64,000 nucleotides of DNA from an uncultured Trueperaceae bacterium (GTDB lineage Bacteria > Deinococcota > Deinococci > Deinococcales > Trueperaceae). Under the pieces are notes generated by a model that saw only the letters and a list, made by a program, of their open reading frames with translations, was not told where the DNA came from and searched no databases. Positions within the stretch are counted from its first letter, which is position 1, and each line of letters opens with the position of its first letter. This document shows positions 1 to 11,556 of the stretch, piece by piece. The stretch is from assembly GCA_963727505.1 (NCBI GenBank), contig CAVSGP010000004.1, positions 96,001-160,000 on the forward strand, in the 5' to 3' direction. Made by a program: the position numbers and the translations under genes.

Positions 1-299
1 CGATCCGCGTGTTCGTCAAGTCTGGCGGCTGCAGCGGCTATCAGTACGGCATGGCGGTGGACGATCGGCAGGTCGAGGGCGATCGCGTCTTCGAGTCCGA
101 GGGCGTCCGTGTCGTGGTGGATCCCCGTAGCTGGCCCCTGCTGATGGGCTCGCAGGTCGACTTCGTCGAGAACCTGATGGGCGGCGGTTTCCAGGTGAAC
201 AACCCCAACGCCACGAGTTCTTGTGGTTGCGGGCACAGCTTCAGAACCGACAGCAACTCCGCTCCGGAAGCCGAAGGGGCAACCGGCTGCGGTAGCTGA
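1..299 (+). CDS. Iron-sulfur cluster assembly accessory protein (IscA/ErpA/HesB family), 5' truncated by window edge
   Basis: [12 protein letters not shown]...[14 protein letters not shown] motifs; frame open to the window start. Confidence 0.92.
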   Translation, partial: IRVFVKSGGCSGYQYGMAVDDRQVEGDRVFESEGVRVVVDPRSWPLLMGSQVDFVENLMGGGFQVNNPNATSSCGCGHSFRTDSNSAPEAEGATGCGS

Positions 300-324
300 G
301 CGACGACCGGAACCCACGTAATCC

Positions 325-358
325 AACGGGGCGGCACCCATCGCGGTGCCGCCCCGTT
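325..358. terminator. Hairpin between convergent genes (probable bidirectional terminator)
   Basis: AACGGGGCGGCACC-catcgc-GGTGCCGCCCCGTT, perfect 14-bp stem. Confidence 0.8.
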
Positions 359-382
359 CGTTGGCCTGGCCCCGGCCTTCCG

Positions 383-1855
383 CTAGTCCGGGGTCTCCTT
401 GTCCTCGTCGAAGGCGTAGCGGAGCACCGGCTGACGCGCCGCTCGGACCTCGTCGAGCCGGCGAACCGGAGTGTGATAGGGGGCGCCCGCCAGGTAGCCG
501 TCGTCCTCGGCCGCCCGCTTCAGGATCGCTCCCAACGCCTCGGCATAGGCGTCGAGCGTCTCCAGTGACTCCGTCTCGGTAGGCTCCACCATCATCGCTT
601 CCTTGACGATCAGTGGGAAGTAGACCGTCATGGGGTGCATGCCGTGGTCGAGGAGTGCTTTCGCAACGTCGAGGGTGTGCACCCCCTGCGGCGGCTGCGC
701 CACGAACTCGTGCATGTTGAGCCGATCGAAGGGGATCGTATACCCGGCCTGCTGCATACGTACGCGCAGGTAGTTCGCGTTGAGGACGGCAAGACCGCTC
801 ACACGACGCAAGCCCTCCAGACCGAGCGTCCGGATGTAGGCGTAGGCGCGGATCAGGTTGCCGACGTTACCGATGAAGGAACGCATCCGCCCGATGGAGG
901 AGGGCACGTCCTCTGAAAGCCGATAGCCGTCGTCCCCCGCGACCACGAGGGGAACAGGCAGGTAGTCGGCCAGGTGCGCCTTCACGCCCACCGGGCCGGT
1001 GCCGGGACCGCCACCGCCGTGAGGCGTGGTGAAGGTCTTGTGCAGGTTGAGATGAACGACGTCGAAGCCCATGTCACCCGGCCGGACGCGGCCGACGATG
1101 GCGTTGAGGTTGGCGCCGTCGTAATAGAGCTGCGCCCCTGCCTCATGCGCGCGCCGCGCGATCTCGAGGATGCGCGTCTCGAACACGCCGACCGTGTTCG
1201 GGTTGGTCAGCATCACCGCCGCCACCTCGGGCCCCAGCGCCCGGGTGAAGGCATCCAGGTCGACCTCGCCCCGTTCGTCGCTGGGGACCTCGACCACGCG
1301 GTAGCCCGCCATCGCCGCGGTGGCCGGGTTGGTCCCATGAGCACCGTCCGGCACGAGCACCACGCGCCGCTGGTCGCCCTCGCCGCGCGCCCGGTGGTAG
1401 GCGCGGATCATCAAGATGCCCGTCAGCTCACCGTGGGCTCCGGCGGCCGGCTGCAGAGTGACCGCGTCCATGCCGGTCAACGCCCCCAGATCCCGCTGCA
1501 GCTCGTACAGCAGACGGAGGGTTCCCTGCACAGTCTCCGGCGCCTGATTGGGGTGCAGGTCCTGGAACAGGCGCGCCGCTTCCTCGTGCACCTTGGGGTT
1601 GTACTTCATGGTGCAGCTGCCGAGGGGATAGACGTTGCCGTCGATGCTGAACTGCCGATGCGCGAGCTGCGTGAAGTGGCGCACCAGATCGAGCTCGGAG
1701 ACTTCCGGAAGCCGCGGCGGCGCCGCGCGGAGCTGGTCCTCGCCGAGCAGGGATGCAAGCTCCGGCTCCTCGAAGCGCGGCGGACGCGCCGCCCGCCGGC
1801 CCGGCCTGGAGCGTTCGAAGATCACCGGGAAGTCCTGGGAGGTCGCGTCAGCCAT
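383..1855 (-). CDS. gcvPB: Glycine dehydrogenase (decarboxylating) subunit 2
   Basis: [31 protein letters not shown] (PLP lysine); start overlaps the end of gcvPA. Confidence 0.96.
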   Translation of the reverse strand: MADATSQDFPVIFERSRPGRRAARPPRFEEPELASLLGEDQLRAAPPRLPEVSELDLVRHFTQLAHRQFSIDGNVYPLGSCTMKYNPKVHEEAARLFQDLHPNQAPETVQGTLRLLYELQRDLGALTGMDAVTLQPAAGAHGELTGILMIRAYHRARGEGDQRRVVLVPDGAHGTNPATAAMAGYRVVEVPSDERGEVDLDAFTRALGPEVAAVMLTNPNTVGVFETRILEIARRAHEAGAQLYYDGANLNAIVGRVRPGDMGFDVVHLNLHKTFTTPHGGGGPGTGPVGVKAHLADYLPVPLVVAGDDGYRLSEDVPSSIGRMRSFIGNVGNLIRAYAYIRTLGLEGLRRVSGLAVLNANYLRVRMQQAGYTIPFDRLNMHEFVAQPPQGVHTLDVAKALLDHGMHPMTVYFPLIVKEAMMVEPTETESLETLDAYAEALGAILKRAAEDDGYLAGAPYHTPVRRLDEVRAARQPVLRYAFDEDKETPD

Positions 1856-3191
1856 GGCCCACCCCGCCACCCGCCAGCTCCCCAACGGTGGTGAGCGCGG
1901 CCACCAGGGCCTCGATGTCATCGTCGCGCACCAGCTCGGTCGCGGCCAGCACGACGGCGTTGCCGAGGCCGTATTCGTTTCCCACCGGGACGCCGGCATG
2001 AATGCCGCGCTCGGCCAGCGCCGAGCGTACTTCTGCGCCGGGACGCCGCGTGCGCACCGTGAACTCGTTGAAGAACCGCACGTCCCCTGCGACGTCAGCA
2101 CCTGCAGCCCGGAGACGGTCGGCTAGGCGGTGCGCCTGGCGCACCGATCCTGCAGCGGCCTCGCGGAGCCCCTGGGGCCCGAGGGCGGCCAGGTTCACGG
2201 TGGCCATCAGGGCGGTGAGCTGGTGGTTCGAGCAGATGTTGGACTTCGCCTTGCTACGGCGGATGTGCTGTTCACGCGCTTGCAGCGTGAGCACGAAAGC
2301 CCGCCGGTCGTCGACGTCGACCGTCTCGCCGACCAGACGACCGGGGAGCTGCCGCAGCAGGGCACTCGTGACGACCATGAAGCCGAAGCTCGGGCCACCG
2401 TAGGCGGTCGGGTTGCCGATCGTCTGCCCGTCGCCGACCGCGATGTCCGCCCCGTACGCGCCGGGCGGTTTCAGCAGCGCCAGGCTGAGCGGGTCCACGA
2501 CCGCCACCATCAGCGCACCGGCGGCGTGCGTGGCCGTCGTGAGGGCCGACATCGCCTCCAGCGAGCCCAGGAAGTTCGGCTGCTGGACGATCACGCAGGC
2601 GACGTCGTCGTCGACCGCCGGGACCGGGGTCGCCAGCGCGTCGAGGTCCAGGGTATCGATGCGGATGTCCAGCGCCTCGAGGTAGGTGCCGAGCACCGCA
2701 CGCGTCTCGGGATGCACTCCGCGGCTGACCAGCACCCGCTCGCGACGGGTCTGCCGTGCGGCCAACAACGCCGCCTCGGCCGTGGCGGTGGCCCCGTCGT
2801 ACATGCTGGCGTTGGAGACGTCGAGCCCCGTGAGCTCGGTCATCATCGTCTGGAACTCGAAGGTGGCCTGTAGGATGCCCTGGGCCACCTCGGGCTGGTA
2901 CGGCGTATAGGCCGTGACGAACTCGCTCTGGAGCGCCAGATGGGGGGTCACTGCCGGGATGAAGTGGCGGCGCATCCCGCCGCCCAGGAAGTTCGGCCCC
3001 TCCGCACGGTCCTGTGCGGCCAGGCTCCGCAGGTGGGCGAGCAGCGCGGTCTCGTCCATGGCCGGAGGCAGATCGATATCGGGGTTGCGCAGCGTGGCGG
3101 GCAGCTCGTCGAAGAGCGCGTCGACACTCTCGATGTCGATGGTCTCGAGCGCCCGCCGCACGTCCTCCTCGGTGTGAGGCAGGTAGGGCAA
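1848..3191 (-). CDS. gcvPA: Glycine dehydrogenase (decarboxylating) subunit 1
   Basis: [43 protein letters not shown] start after AGGAGG. Confidence 0.95.
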   Translation of the reverse strand: MPYLPHTEEDVRRALETIDIESVDALFDELPATLRNPDIDLPPAMDETALLAHLRSLAAQDRAEGPNFLGGGMRRHFIPAVTPHLALQSEFVTAYTPYQPEVAQGILQATFEFQTMMTELTGLDVSNASMYDGATATAEAALLAARQTRRERVLVSRGVHPETRAVLGTYLEALDIRIDTLDLDALATPVPAVDDDVACVIVQQPNFLGSLEAMSALTTATHAAGALMVAVVDPLSLALLKPPGAYGADIAVGDGQTIGNPTAYGGPSFGFMVVTSALLRQLPGRLVGETVDVDDRRAFVLTLQAREQHIRRSKAKSNICSNHQLTALMATVNLAALGPQGLREAAAGSVRQAHRLADRLRAAGADVAGDVRFFNEFTVRTRRPGAEVRSALAERGIHAGVPVGNEYGLGNAVVLAATELVRDDDIEALVAALTTVGELAGGGVGHG

Positions 3192-3193
3192 GG

Positions 3194-3583
3194 TCAGCCC
3201 TCCTTCTCGACCGCCCGTTGGTAACCGCCGGCGTCGAGCAGCGTTGCCGGCTGGGCTACGTCGCGCAGCCGGAGCTTGAACAGCCAACCGCTCTCGTACG
3301 GGCTCTCGTTGATCGTCTCGGGAGTGTCGTGGAGTGCTTCGTTCACGGCCTCGACCGAGCCCGATACGGGCGCGTAGATGTCCGACGCTGTCTTCACCGA
3401 CTCGACGACGGCCACGGGATCGCCGGAAGCGAGGTCGGCACCGACGTCGGGCAGCTCGACGTACACGACGTCGCCGAGCTGATCCTGGGCATAGTCGGTG
3501 ATGCCGATCGTCACGACGCCGTCGACGGGTTCGGAGACCCATTCGTGCGAGGCGGTGTACCGGAGGTTGTCGGGAATCTGCAT
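3194..3583 (-). CDS. gcvH: Glycine cleavage system H protein
   Basis: [37 protein letters not shown] lipoyl-lysine motif. Confidence 0.97.
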   Translation of the reverse strand: MQIPDNLRYTASHEWVSEPVDGVVTIGITDYAQDQLGDVVYVELPDVGADLASGDPVAVVESVKTASDIYAPVSGSVEAVNEALHDTPETINESPYESGWLFKLRLRDVAQPATLLDAGGYQRAVEKEG

Positions 3584-3639
3584 GTTCACTCCTCTGCCCG
3601 CGCCCGAACTAGGGTCGAGCGCGCCCAAACGCCGCAGCA

Positions 3640-4698
3640 TTATTGCCCGAAGAAGGGCGGTTTGACGACCGTGGCGGCCACGGTCTGTCCTCGGATCTCG
3701 ACCCCGACCTCCGTACCCTCCTGGGCCGCGTCCGCGTCCACCCAGGCGAAACCGATGCTCTCGCGCGTCAGCGGCGACAGCGTTCCCGAGGTGATGGTGC
3801 CGACGGGGGCGCCGCCGCGCAGCACACGGTAGCCCTGGCGCGGGATTCCGCGCTCCAGGAGCCGAAGGCCGACGAGTCGCCGGGGGCAGGGCCGGTCCCA
3901 CATCGCGTCCCTCCCGAAGAAGGGCTTGTCCTTGACGACCCACGAGAAGCCGCTGCAAAGCGGATTGGTGGTCGCGTCGAACTCGTGACCGTAGAGCGGG
4001 AACCCAGCTTCGAGCCGCAGCGTGTCGCGCGCGCCGAGCCCGCACGGGACAGCCCCGGCGTCAGCCAGCACGTCCCAGACGATGGGAGCGTCGGTGGGGT
4101 GACAGAACAGTTCGAAGCCGTCTTCGCCGGTATAGCCGGTGCGGCTGAGGCGCACCGGGCAGCCTGAGATGGTCACGAGCAGGGTGGCGTTCTTGCGCAG
4201 CTCGGTGAGGTCCGCGTCGACGACTTGACCGAGAAGAACCGCGCTACCGGGGCCCTGCAGCGCCATGAGCGCCCACGTGGCCGACTCGTCGACGACGTGG
4301 CAGTCGTAGCCCCGGTTGACCTCCCGCAGATGCGCGAGGACGGCGTCGACGTTGGAGGCGTTGGCGACGATGAAGTACTCCTGCTCCTTCTCGCGGTAGA
4401 GGTAGAGGTCGTCGATGAGGCCTCCGCGATCGTTGGGCAGCATCGTGTACTGACCCCGACCGAGCTTCAGGCGCGCCGGATCGTTCAGTGTCGCGAACTG
4501 TAGGAAGGCAGTGGCGCCGTCACCGACGACCCGCAGCTCACCCATGTGGCTGACGTCGAACAGGCCCACGTCCGAACGGACGGCGATGTGCTCCTGCTGG
4601 ATCCCGGTGGGGTAGTGCACCGGCATGCTCCAGCCGGCGAACTCCACCATCCGGGCTCCAAGGGCGACATGCGTGTCGTAGAGGGGGGTCCGCTTCAT
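3640..4698 (-). CDS. gcvT: Glycine cleavage system aminomethyltransferase T
   Basis: [40 protein letters not shown]; leaderless (TATCGT 8 nt upstream of ATG). Confidence 0.97.
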   Translation of the reverse strand: MKRTPLYDTHVALGARMVEFAGWSMPVHYPTGIQQEHIAVRSDVGLFDVSHMGELRVVGDGATAFLQFATLNDPARLKLGRGQYTMLPNDRGGLIDDLYLYREKEQEYFIVANASNVDAVLAHLREVNRGYDCHVVDESATWALMALQGPGSAVLLGQVVDADLTELRKNATLLVTISGCPVRLSRTGYTGEDGFELFCHPTDAPIVWDVLADAGAVPCGLGARDTLRLEAGFPLYGHEFDATTNPLCSGFSWVVKDKPFFGRDAMWDRPCPRRLVGLRLLERGIPRQGYRVLRGGAPVGTITSGTLSPLTRESIGFAWVDADAAQEGTEVGVEIRGQTVAATVVKPPFFGQ

Positions 4699-4789
4699 GC
4701 GACCCGACGATATCACAGCCCTCCACGCTTCTATTCACGCTTCCGGTGGGGTTCGCGACACGCTGGACGTACGATTCGCGACGGGCGCT

Positions 4790-5380
4790 TCAGGTCTTCT
4801 GAGCGAGCTTCTCCAGCACGAGTTTCGACACCGCACGCAGCGGCTCGAAGACACCCTGGAACTCCGCGGCCACCGCCCCGAACGACTCCACCCGCTTCTC
4901 GGGATCCAGCACCTGCTGGATCATCTCGGCGGGAATCGCGTCGGGCAGGTCACGTTTGTTGATCTGGATGACGAAGGGGATCTCGGCGAGCCGGAGGTTG
5001 TACTCCTGCAGGTTCTCGCGAAGGTTGCGCAGGCTCTCGGCGTTGGCGCGCAGTCGATTGGGTGCCGAGTCCGCCACGAACACGATGCCGTCGACGCCAC
5101 GCAAGATCAGCTTGCGCGACGAGTTGTAGAACACCTGGCCGGGCACCGTGTAGAGGTGGAAGCGCGTCTTGAAGCCGTTGACCTTGCCCAGGTCGAGCGG
5201 CAGGAAATCGAAGAAGAGGGTGCGTTCGTCCTCCGTGGCCAGCGACACCATCTCGCCCTTCGACTCCGACGGCACCTGTTCGTAGATCTGCTTCAGGTTG
5301 GTGGTCTTGCCCGACAGACCGGGGCCGTAGTAGACGATCTTGAAGTTGATCTCGCGGGCGGCGAAGTTGATGGTGCTCAT
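4790..5380 (-). CDS. mglA: MglA small Ras-like GTPase
   Basis: [39 protein letters not shown]. Confidence 0.95.
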   Translation of the reverse strand: MSTINFAAREINFKIVYYGPGLSGKTTNLKQIYEQVPSESKGEMVSLATEDERTLFFDFLPLDLGKVNGFKTRFHLYTVPGQVFYNSSRKLILRGVDGIVFVADSAPNRLRANAESLRNLRENLQEYNLRLAEIPFVIQINKRDLPDAIPAEMIQQVLDPEKRVESFGAVAAEFQGVFEPLRAVSKLVLEKLAQKT

Positions 5381-5877
5381 GTCTTGCCCGATCCGAACAG
5401 CCCGTCGAGCAGGGCCTCGGTGGAGCTCGACCACTCCTGATCGAACTCGACCTTGGGCGCCTCGTCCTTGGAGTCGCGCAACACCGTGCGGATCTCCTCG
5501 ACCGACTTCTTGGTGAAGAGCTTGACCCGGCCGAGTGCCGCCGAGGAGTCGAACACCGTCACCAGCAGCGCCTTCTCGCCGAGTTCCTCGAGGTAGGTAC
5601 CGACCTCCGAGCCCTGCTGAACCGTCTCCTTGAAGGCGCTCTCACCGAACAGGTTGGCGATGGCCGTATTGGCAGAGTAGTTCGATGCGATCAAGGTCGC
5701 CAGCGAGTCGAGCGACGGAGGCTTGGGCGCCCACAATGCGCGACGATGCGTCAGCACGAAACCCTTGCGGTCGATGATCATCGCGTAGCGCGCGTGACTC
5801 TTGGTCAGCAGCTCCGCGAGGATGGCGTCGACCTTCTCGTACGTCTCTCCGTAGAGGTCGAGGGAAGGCTCGAGCAT
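5377..5877 (-). CDS. mglB: MglB roadblock/LC7 GAP
   Basis: Roadblock-like sequence ([15 protein letters not shown]), ATGA overlap with mglA; leaderless (TAGAGT 7 nt upstream). Confidence 0.9.
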   Translation of the reverse strand: MLEPSLDLYGETYEKVDAILAELLTKSHARYAMIIDRKGFVLTHRRALWAPKPPSLDSLATLIASNYSANTAIANLFGESAFKETVQQGSEVGTYLEELGEKALLVTVFDSSAALGRVKLFTKKSVEEIRTVLRDSKDEAPKVEFDQEWSSSTEALLDGLFGSGKT

Positions 5878-6067
5878 GGCCAATACTCTAGCAGCAGGCT
5901 GAGGCGCGCCAACGTCGAACACGCCACTCTCCCGTGTCCCGTGGTCGGTATCGGCGCTGCCCGTCGGGGTCACTCAGGCTGCTCGGATGCCGGACGGGAC
6001 CGCGTAGGCTGCACGTCGGAAGGCTGAGGCGCCGCGGAACGGCGGTCACCTGCAGGCGGGGGAGGGC

Positions 6068-7066
6068 GTGGACGATCCGGCAAGGGGCCGGGAACGAGCA
6101 GAACGTGAGCGAGAACAACGTGAGCGACCAGATCGTGAGCCAACAACCGTGAGCGACGAGCTACCGGACCAGCACGACGGACCCGCCGGCGACATCCTTC
6201 CGGCCGGCACGGTCATGGGCACGGTGACGCTGACCGTGTCCGACCTCGTGGCCGGGGAGGCCTTCTATCGGGATGCCCTGGGACTCGCGACCCGCGAACG
6301 CGGACCCGGCTGGTTGGCGCTCGGCACGCCCGGTGCGACGCTTCTGCACCTCGAAGAGGGAACGGGCGGGCGGGCGGCGTCGGGCCTCCCCGGGCTCTAC
6401 CACCTGGCCATCCTCGTCCCCGATCGACGGACGCTGGGCGCCTGGCTACTGCACGCGCTCGAGATCGGGCTCGCGTTGCAGGGAGCCGCCGACCACGCCG
6501 TCAGCGAGGCGATCTACCTGGCCGATCCCGAGGGGAACGGCATCGAGATCTACCGCGATCGTCCGCGCCACGCGTGGAAGACGCGACAGGGGCAGATCGC
6601 CATGACCACCGAACCCCTCGACGCACACGACCTCACGGCCGCGGCGGCTCCGAGCTGGGACGCGCTCCCCGAAGGCAGCAGCATCGGGCACGTCCATCTG
6701 CAGGTGGGTGAGCTGGCGCGCTCGGCGGCGTTCTACGGCGACGCTCTGGGCTTCCCACGAACGAACGACGCTTTCCCGGGCGCCTGCTTCCTGGGGGCGG
6801 GCGGCTACCATCACCACCTCGGCCTCAACACCTGGGGCGTGCGTGGGCGCGGTCCTCGACCGCAGGGCGCCGCCGGACTCCGGCGCATCGAGGTGCTCGT
6901 GCCCGACGAGAACGCAAGGGCTTCCGCGCAACGACGTTTGATCCGTGCAGGGCACGACGCTCGAGCGCACGATGTCGGCGACGCCTTCGACGTCGCCGAC
7001 CCGGACGGGCTCGAGGTGCGCGTGCGCGTCGAACGGCGATCGGCCGCCCACGACCGCGCGCTCTGA
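6068..7066 (+). CDS. Two-domain VOC/glyoxalase family protein (CatE-like ring-cleavage dioxygenase)
   Basis: GLYHLAILVP, DHAVSEAIYLADPEGNGIEIYRD, IGHVHLQV, GGYHHHLGLNTW; start could also be GTG 6149. Confidence 0.88.
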   Translation: MDDPARGRERAEREREQRERPDREPTTVSDELPDQHDGPAGDILPAGTVMGTVTLTVSDLVAGEAFYRDALGLATRERGPGWLALGTPGATLLHLEEGTGGRAASGLPGLYHLAILVPDRRTLGAWLLHALEIGLALQGAADHAVSEAIYLADPEGNGIEIYRDRPRHAWKTRQGQIAMTTEPLDAHDLTAAAAPSWDALPEGSSIGHVHLQVGELARSAAFYGDALGFPRTNDAFPGACFLGAGGYHHHLGLNTWGVRGRGPRPQGAAGLRRIEVLVPDENARASAQRRLIRAGHDARAHDVGDAFDVADPDGLEVRVRVERRSAAHDRAL

Positions 7067-7092
7067 CGAAGTGCCGTCCCATCGCGCTCGCC

Positions 7093-7121
7093 TTGTCGCG
7101 GGCCTATGGGTTCGCTATACT
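7093..7121 (+). promoter_or_regulatory. Sigma70-type promoter of tRNA-Met
   Basis: TTGTCG-17 bp-TATACT. Confidence 0.75.
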
Positions 7122-7154
7122 TCTCCCTCGGGCCCGCCGATGACGGCCCAGCAC

Positions 7155-7231
7155 GGCGATGTAGCTCAGCTGGTTAGAGCGCACGACTCATAATCGTGAG
7201 GTCCGGGGTTCGAGTCCCCGCATCGCTACCA
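7155..7231 (+). tRNA. tRNA-Met(CAT), probably elongator (Ile2 not excluded)
   Basis: Cloverleaf, CACGA-CT-CAT-AA-TCGTG anticodon arm, GTTCGAGTCC, CCA end; lacks initiator C1:A72 and triple G-C features. Confidence 0.93.
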
Positions 7232-7240
7232 AGAATTGTC

Positions 7241-7277
7241 AGGGACGCACTTTCTGGACAAGAAGGTGCGTCCCTTT
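7241..7277. terminator. Intrinsic terminator after tRNA-Met
   Basis: AGGGACGCACTTTCT-ggaca-AGAAGGTGCGTCCCT followed by TT. Confidence 0.8.
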
Positions 7278-7317
7278 GACGTCGCGCGGAACGGGTTGTC
7301 GTTGCCTGTCTCGAACG

Positions 7318-7590
7318 TCAGATCCTTCGGATCTCGGTCATCACATGCTCGTGCAGGTCGCCGACGGTGCCGTGCCAGTCGCATCGAGCGCAGGCCACCG
7401 CGGTGGCCTCGTCCCAGGCCGCGTCGCCCAGCGCCTCGTCGATCACGCACAGCTCTTCACCGGTCGCGCCCACCACCACATCGACGTAGACCTCGATCGA
7501 CGTGAGGATACGAACGCGTTCCGCACCGCAAACGGGGCAGAGCGACTTGTGCTGGTCGGGTTCGGTGGGGAGCGACGACACGGTCATCAC
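7318..7590 (-). CDS. Small hypothetical protein with two CxxC pairs (zinc-ribbon-like)
   Basis: CPVC...CARC, GC3-biased codons. Confidence 0.6.
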   Translation of the reverse strand: MMTVSSLPTEPDQHKSLCPVCGAERVRILTSIEVYVDVVVGATGEELCVIDEALGDAAWDEATAVACARCDWHGTVGDLHEHVMTEIRRI

Positions 7591-7807
7591 GGTGACTCTG
7601 GTGTACCAGGGGACGTCTTACAGACTTCTTAACCTCGCCGACGGCGACGCCGGCCGGCCGAGACCCGCCGCCGGACGTCGCCCACCGGTCCCGGTGCTAC
7701 CGAGGGCCCGGACGACCATCGGGGCACGGTTCTCGGACACGACATCGTTCCTCACCGACGGGATCAACAACCGCGTCCTCGCCTCTGATCCCTAGAACGG
7801 CGGTGCA

Positions 7808-7894
7808 TGGTGCCGGGAGCGGGACTCGAACCCGCATGCCCGGGCGGGCTGCAGATTTTAAGTCTGCTGCGTCTACCGATTCCGCCATCCCGGC
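7808..7894 (-). tRNA. tRNA-Leu(TAA)
   Basis: GCCGGGATGGCGGAATCGGTAGAC...GCAGA-CT-TAA-AA-TCTGC, long variable arm, CCA end. Confidence 0.96.
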
Positions 7895-8153
7895 ACGCTC
7901 CCAAGAAGTGTAGCGGAGCCTCGCATCGAGTGCGCCGACCCGCGCCCGGCGCGAGGCCGGACGTTGCTCATCCGTCGGGCGTACCATGCGGCCGAGGAGC
8001 GCGCGCTTCGCTCGACGCTCTGCCCACCCACAAGCCGCGGGGGCCCGGCCGGACGGGACGGCTTCCGCGCCGCCGGAGGCGTGAAGCGCACCGGCGCTGG
8101 GAGCCGGTTCCGCGTCGCGCGGTATCGGCGCCGACCCGGAAAGGAGCGTTTCC

Positions 8154-9851
8154 TTGACGACCACCGACACCTTCCTGAAGGCCCGCGACTTCCTGCTCCG
8201 CGAGCGGGAGGACTACGACGCCGCCTACAACGGCTTCGCCTGGCCCGAGCTCGATCGCTTCAACTGGGCTCTGGACTGGTTCGACGTCCTCGCCAGGGAC
8301 AACGACCGGACCGGCCTGCACGTCGTGAACGACGACGGCGGCGACGTCCGCCTGTCCTTCGCCGAGCTGGCCGAGCGCTCCTCGAAGCTGGCGGGCTTCC
8401 TGCAGGCGCAGGGCGCCCATCGCGGCGACCGCATGCTGGTGATGCTCCCCAACGTGGCCCCGCTCTGGGTGGTGATGCTGGCCTCCATCAAGCTGGGCAC
8501 CGTTCTGATCCCCGCGACCACCTTGTTGACGGCGGACGACCTGCGCGACCGCATCGGTCGGGGGCGCGTTCGCCACGTCATCACCGACGAGGCCGGCGCC
8601 GAGAAGGTCGCCGCCGTGGACGGCGACTTCACCCGCATGGTGGTGGGCGGCTCCCGACCCGGTTGGCTGAGCTACGACGACGCCCTGTCGTGGAGCGGGG
8701 CGTTCGCGCCCGAGGGGGAGACGCGAGCCGGCGACCCGATGTTGCTGTATTTCACCTCCGGCACCACCTCGAAGCCGAAGCTCGTGCTCCACACCCACCA
8801 GAGCTACCCTGTCGGGCACCTCTCCACCATGTACTGGATCGGGCACCTGGAGGGGGACGTGCACTGGAACATCAGCTCGCCGGGCTGGGCCAAGCATGCC
8901 TGGAGCAACTTTTTCTCCCCCTGGAATGCCGGGGCCACGGTGTTCGTGTACAACTACGAGCGCTTCGACGCCCGGCGCGCGCTCGAGGCCATGGTCCGGC
9001 ACGAGGTGAGCTCGCTGTGTGCGCCTCCCACCGTGTGGCGGCTGCTGTTCCGCGAGGATCTCGCTTCCTACCCGGTGAAGCTCCGCGAGCTGGTGGGCGC
9101 AGGCGAGCCGATGAACCCGGAGATCATCGCATCGGTGCAGAAAGCCTGGGGCATCACCCTGCGCGACGGCTATGGCCAGACGGAGACGACGGCGCAGGTC
9201 GGCAACACGCCGGGGCAGCCGGTCAAACCCGGATCGATGGGTCGACCGCTGCCGGGCTACCGGGTCACGCTGCTCGGTCCCGACGGGCAGATCGGGGTTC
9301 CCGAAGGGGAGATCTCCCTGAACCTCGACCCCGCTCCGCTGGCGCTGATGGACGGCTACATGGACGACCGGGAACGGACGGCGGCCGTGACGCAGGGCGG
9401 ATTCTACCGGACCGGCGACGTCGCCTCGGTAGACGACGACGGCTACTACTGGTACGTCGGCCGCGCCGACGACGTCTTCAAGAGCTCGGACTACCGCATC
9501 AGTCCGTTCGAGCTGGAGAGCGTCCTCATCGAGCACCCGTCGGTGCAGGAGGCGGCCGTGGTGCCGAGTCCCGACCCCATGCGCCTGTCGGTCCCGAAGG
9601 CCTTCGTGACGCTGGCCGGCGAACGGGCGCCGGACCGCGAGACGGCGCTCGACATCTTCCGGTTCATCCGGCGCCGCATGGCGCCCTACCTACGCGTGCG
9701 GCGCCTGCAGTTCGGATCGCTCCCCAAGACCATCTCCGGGAAGATCCGCCGCGTCGACCTACGCCGTGACGAGCACGCGCACAGCGGTCAGCCGCGAGCG
9801 GAGGCGGAGTTCTGGGAGGAGGACTTCCCGGAGTTGAAGAGCGAAGCGTAG
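8154..9851 (+). CDS. Acyl-CoA synthetase (AMP-forming, acetate/short-chain type)
   Basis: YFTSGTTSKPK, DGYGQTET, GRADDVFKSSDYRISPFELES, PKTISGKIRR; AAGGAG RBS with TTG start. Confidence 0.93.
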   Translation: MTTTDTFLKARDFLLREREDYDAAYNGFAWPELDRFNWALDWFDVLARDNDRTGLHVVNDDGGDVRLSFAELAERSSKLAGFLQAQGAHRGDRMLVMLPNVAPLWVVMLASIKLGTVLIPATTLLTADDLRDRIGRGRVRHVITDEAGAEKVAAVDGDFTRMVVGGSRPGWLSYDDALSWSGAFAPEGETRAGDPMLLYFTSGTTSKPKLVLHTHQSYPVGHLSTMYWIGHLEGDVHWNISSPGWAKHAWSNFFSPWNAGATVFVYNYERFDARRALEAMVRHEVSSLCAPPTVWRLLFREDLASYPVKLRELVGAGEPMNPEIIASVQKAWGITLRDGYGQTETTAQVGNTPGQPVKPGSMGRPLPGYRVTLLGPDGQIGVPEGEISLNLDPAPLALMDGYMDDRERTAAVTQGGFYRTGDVASVDDDGYYWYVGRADDVFKSSDYRISPFELESVLIEHPSVQEAAVVPSPDPMRLSVPKAFVTLAGERAPDRETALDIFRFIRRRMAPYLRVRRLQFGSLPKTISGKIRRVDLRRDEHAHSGQPRAEAEFWEEDFPELKSEA

Positions 9852-9856
9852 GGACG

Positions 9857-9891
9857 GATCGGCGGCCGCGTGTGAAGCGCGGCCGCCGATC
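9857..9891. terminator. Hairpin between convergent genes
   Basis: GATCGGCGGCCGCG-tgtgaag-CGCGGCCGCCGATC. Confidence 0.7.
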
Positions 9892-9924
9892 TCGCGGTGT
9901 CGCGACGCGAGAGCCCGTTCTGGC

Positions 9925-11556
9925 CTAGGCTGTCGTGCCCAGCAGCGATAACGCCTCGCTGCGGTCACGGGCCCGGCGTTCCTCGTCCCAACCGAACTCG
10001 CCCGCGAGCAGCTCGGACACGAGCTCCAACGCCGTCCTGGCCGCCGGCTCGTCGAGTACGCCGAGCCGGAGCCGGCGCCACAGCACGTCGCTCGTGCTGC
10101 GAGCGTACTCGTGCCGGGCCACATAGACGACCTCGGCCTCGAGGTAGGGATGGCCCTCGACCAACCGACCGGCATGGCCGTCGTTGGCCAGCGCCGCCAC
10201 CTCCGAGGCGAACCCTCCGTAGGCGCGGTTGAGGTAGCTCGCGACGTCGACGTCGAGCGAGTAGCGCTCCTGCAGGGCACCCGCGCCCTGCGCACTGAAA
10301 CCCTCGGCGCCGACCAGCAGGAGCGTGTCGGTGTCGCTCGGGCCGCTCGGCGAAAGCCCGCCGACACGAACCGCCTCGTTGACGGCGTCGACCGCCATGC
10401 GCCGGTAGGTGGTCCACTTGCCGCCAGCGATGGTGACCAGGCCTGCCGGGCCCACGTTGACGATGTGGTCGCGGGACAGTCCCGCGGTGTCGGCGGCCTC
10501 GGGATCCGAGACGAGAGGCCTCAGGCCCGACCAGGCGGCCTTCACGTCCGCGCGCGTGACCGGCACGTCGAAGTAGCGCTCCACGTGACGGAGCACGTAC
10601 GCGATCTCCTCTTCGTGGGCCCGCGGCTCCTCCTCGATGGCAGCCTCGTTGTCGGTGGTGCCGACCAGCGTGTGGCCGAGCCAGGGAAGGAGGAAGAGCA
10701 CGCGCCCGTCCTCGGTCTGGGGGATGAGCAGGCCGGTGGCGGGAGGGGAGAAGCGCTGGTCCAGCACGATGTGGATGCCGGAGCTGGCCGTCACCATGGG
10801 TCGGGCATCGGCGCTCTCCATGCGCCGCACGGCGTCGGTGAACGGACCGGTGGCGTTGACGACCGCCCGCGCCGGCACCTCGAAGCGCTCCCCCGTGAGC
10901 CGATCGACCACCGTCGCTCCGCTCACGCGTCCCTCTCGTTGCAGCAGATCCTCGACGGCGACGTAGTTCGCGATGACGGCGCCTTCGCGCGCTGCGGTGA
11001 GTCCGATGGCGACGTTCATGCGGGCGTCGTCGAACTGGCCGTCGTAGTACAGCACGCCCCCGCGGAGGCCCTGGTGCTTGAGCATGGGGAAGCGCTGCAG
11101 CGCTTCCTTGGCGTCCACGAAGCGGCTGGGCTGGAGGTTGGAGCGGCCCGCCAGCCAGTCATAGAGCTTCAGGCCGGTGAGGTAATAGGGGACCTCCAGC
11201 CAGTTGTACAGCGGGGTGACGATGGGCAACGGGTCGCTGAGGTGCGGAGCGATGCGCAGCAGCACCGCGCGCTCGTGCAGGGCGTCTCGGACGAGGTTGA
11301 ACTGGGAGCGGTCGAAGTGCTTGACGGCCTTCTCCAGGTAGCGCACGCCGCCGTGGATGAGCTTGGTGCTGCGACTGCTGGTCCCGCAAGAGAAGTCCCC
11401 TCGCTCGACGAGCGCCACACGCAGACCACGCGTCGCGGCGTCGAGGGCCACTCCCGTCCCGGTCGCGCCCCCGCCGATGACGAGCAGGTCGAAGGCGCCC
11501 TCATCGGCCCGCAAGCGGGCCAACTGTTCCTCGCGATCGGGCCAATCCGGCCTCAT
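9925..11556 (-). CDS. glpD: FAD-dependent glycerol-3-phosphate dehydrogenase
   Basis: [36 protein letters not shown] overlap with glpK. Confidence 0.95.
   Translation of the reverse strand: MRPDWPDREEQLARLRADEGAFDLLVIGGGATGTGVALDAATRGLRVALVERGDFSCGTSSRSTKLIHGGVRYLEKAVKHFDRSQFNLVRDALHERAVLLRIAPHLSDPLPIVTPLYNWLEVPYYLTGLKLYDWLAGRSNLQPSRFVDAKEALQRFPMLKHQGLRGGVLYYDGQFDDARMNVAIGLTAAREGAVIANYVAVEDLLQREGRVSGATVVDRLTGERFEVPARAVVNATGPFTDAVRRMESADARPMVTASSGIHIVLDQRFSPPATGLLIPQTEDGRVLFLLPWLGHTLVGTTDNEAAIEEEPRAHEEEIAYVLRHVERYFDVPVTRADVKAAWSGLRPLVSDPEAADTAGLSRDHIVNVGPAGLVTIAGGKWTTYRRMAVDAVNEAVRVGGLSPSGPSDTDTLLLVGAEGFSAQGAGALQERYSLDVDVASYLNRAYGGFASEVAALANDGHAGRLVEGHPYLEAEVVYVARHEYARSTSDVLWRRLRLGVLDEPAARTALELVSELLAGEFGWDEERRARDRSEALSLLGTTA

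Noticed and set aside
4699..4789. Glycine riboswitch upstream of gcvT
   Set aside because: Only ~90 bp, no glycine aptamer motifs, and gcvT appears leaderless
5890..6067. SRP RNA or other ncRNA between mglB and the VOC gene
   Set aside because: No SRP domain IV motif (CAGG-N-GNRA-N-AGCA) on either strand; explained by divergent promoters
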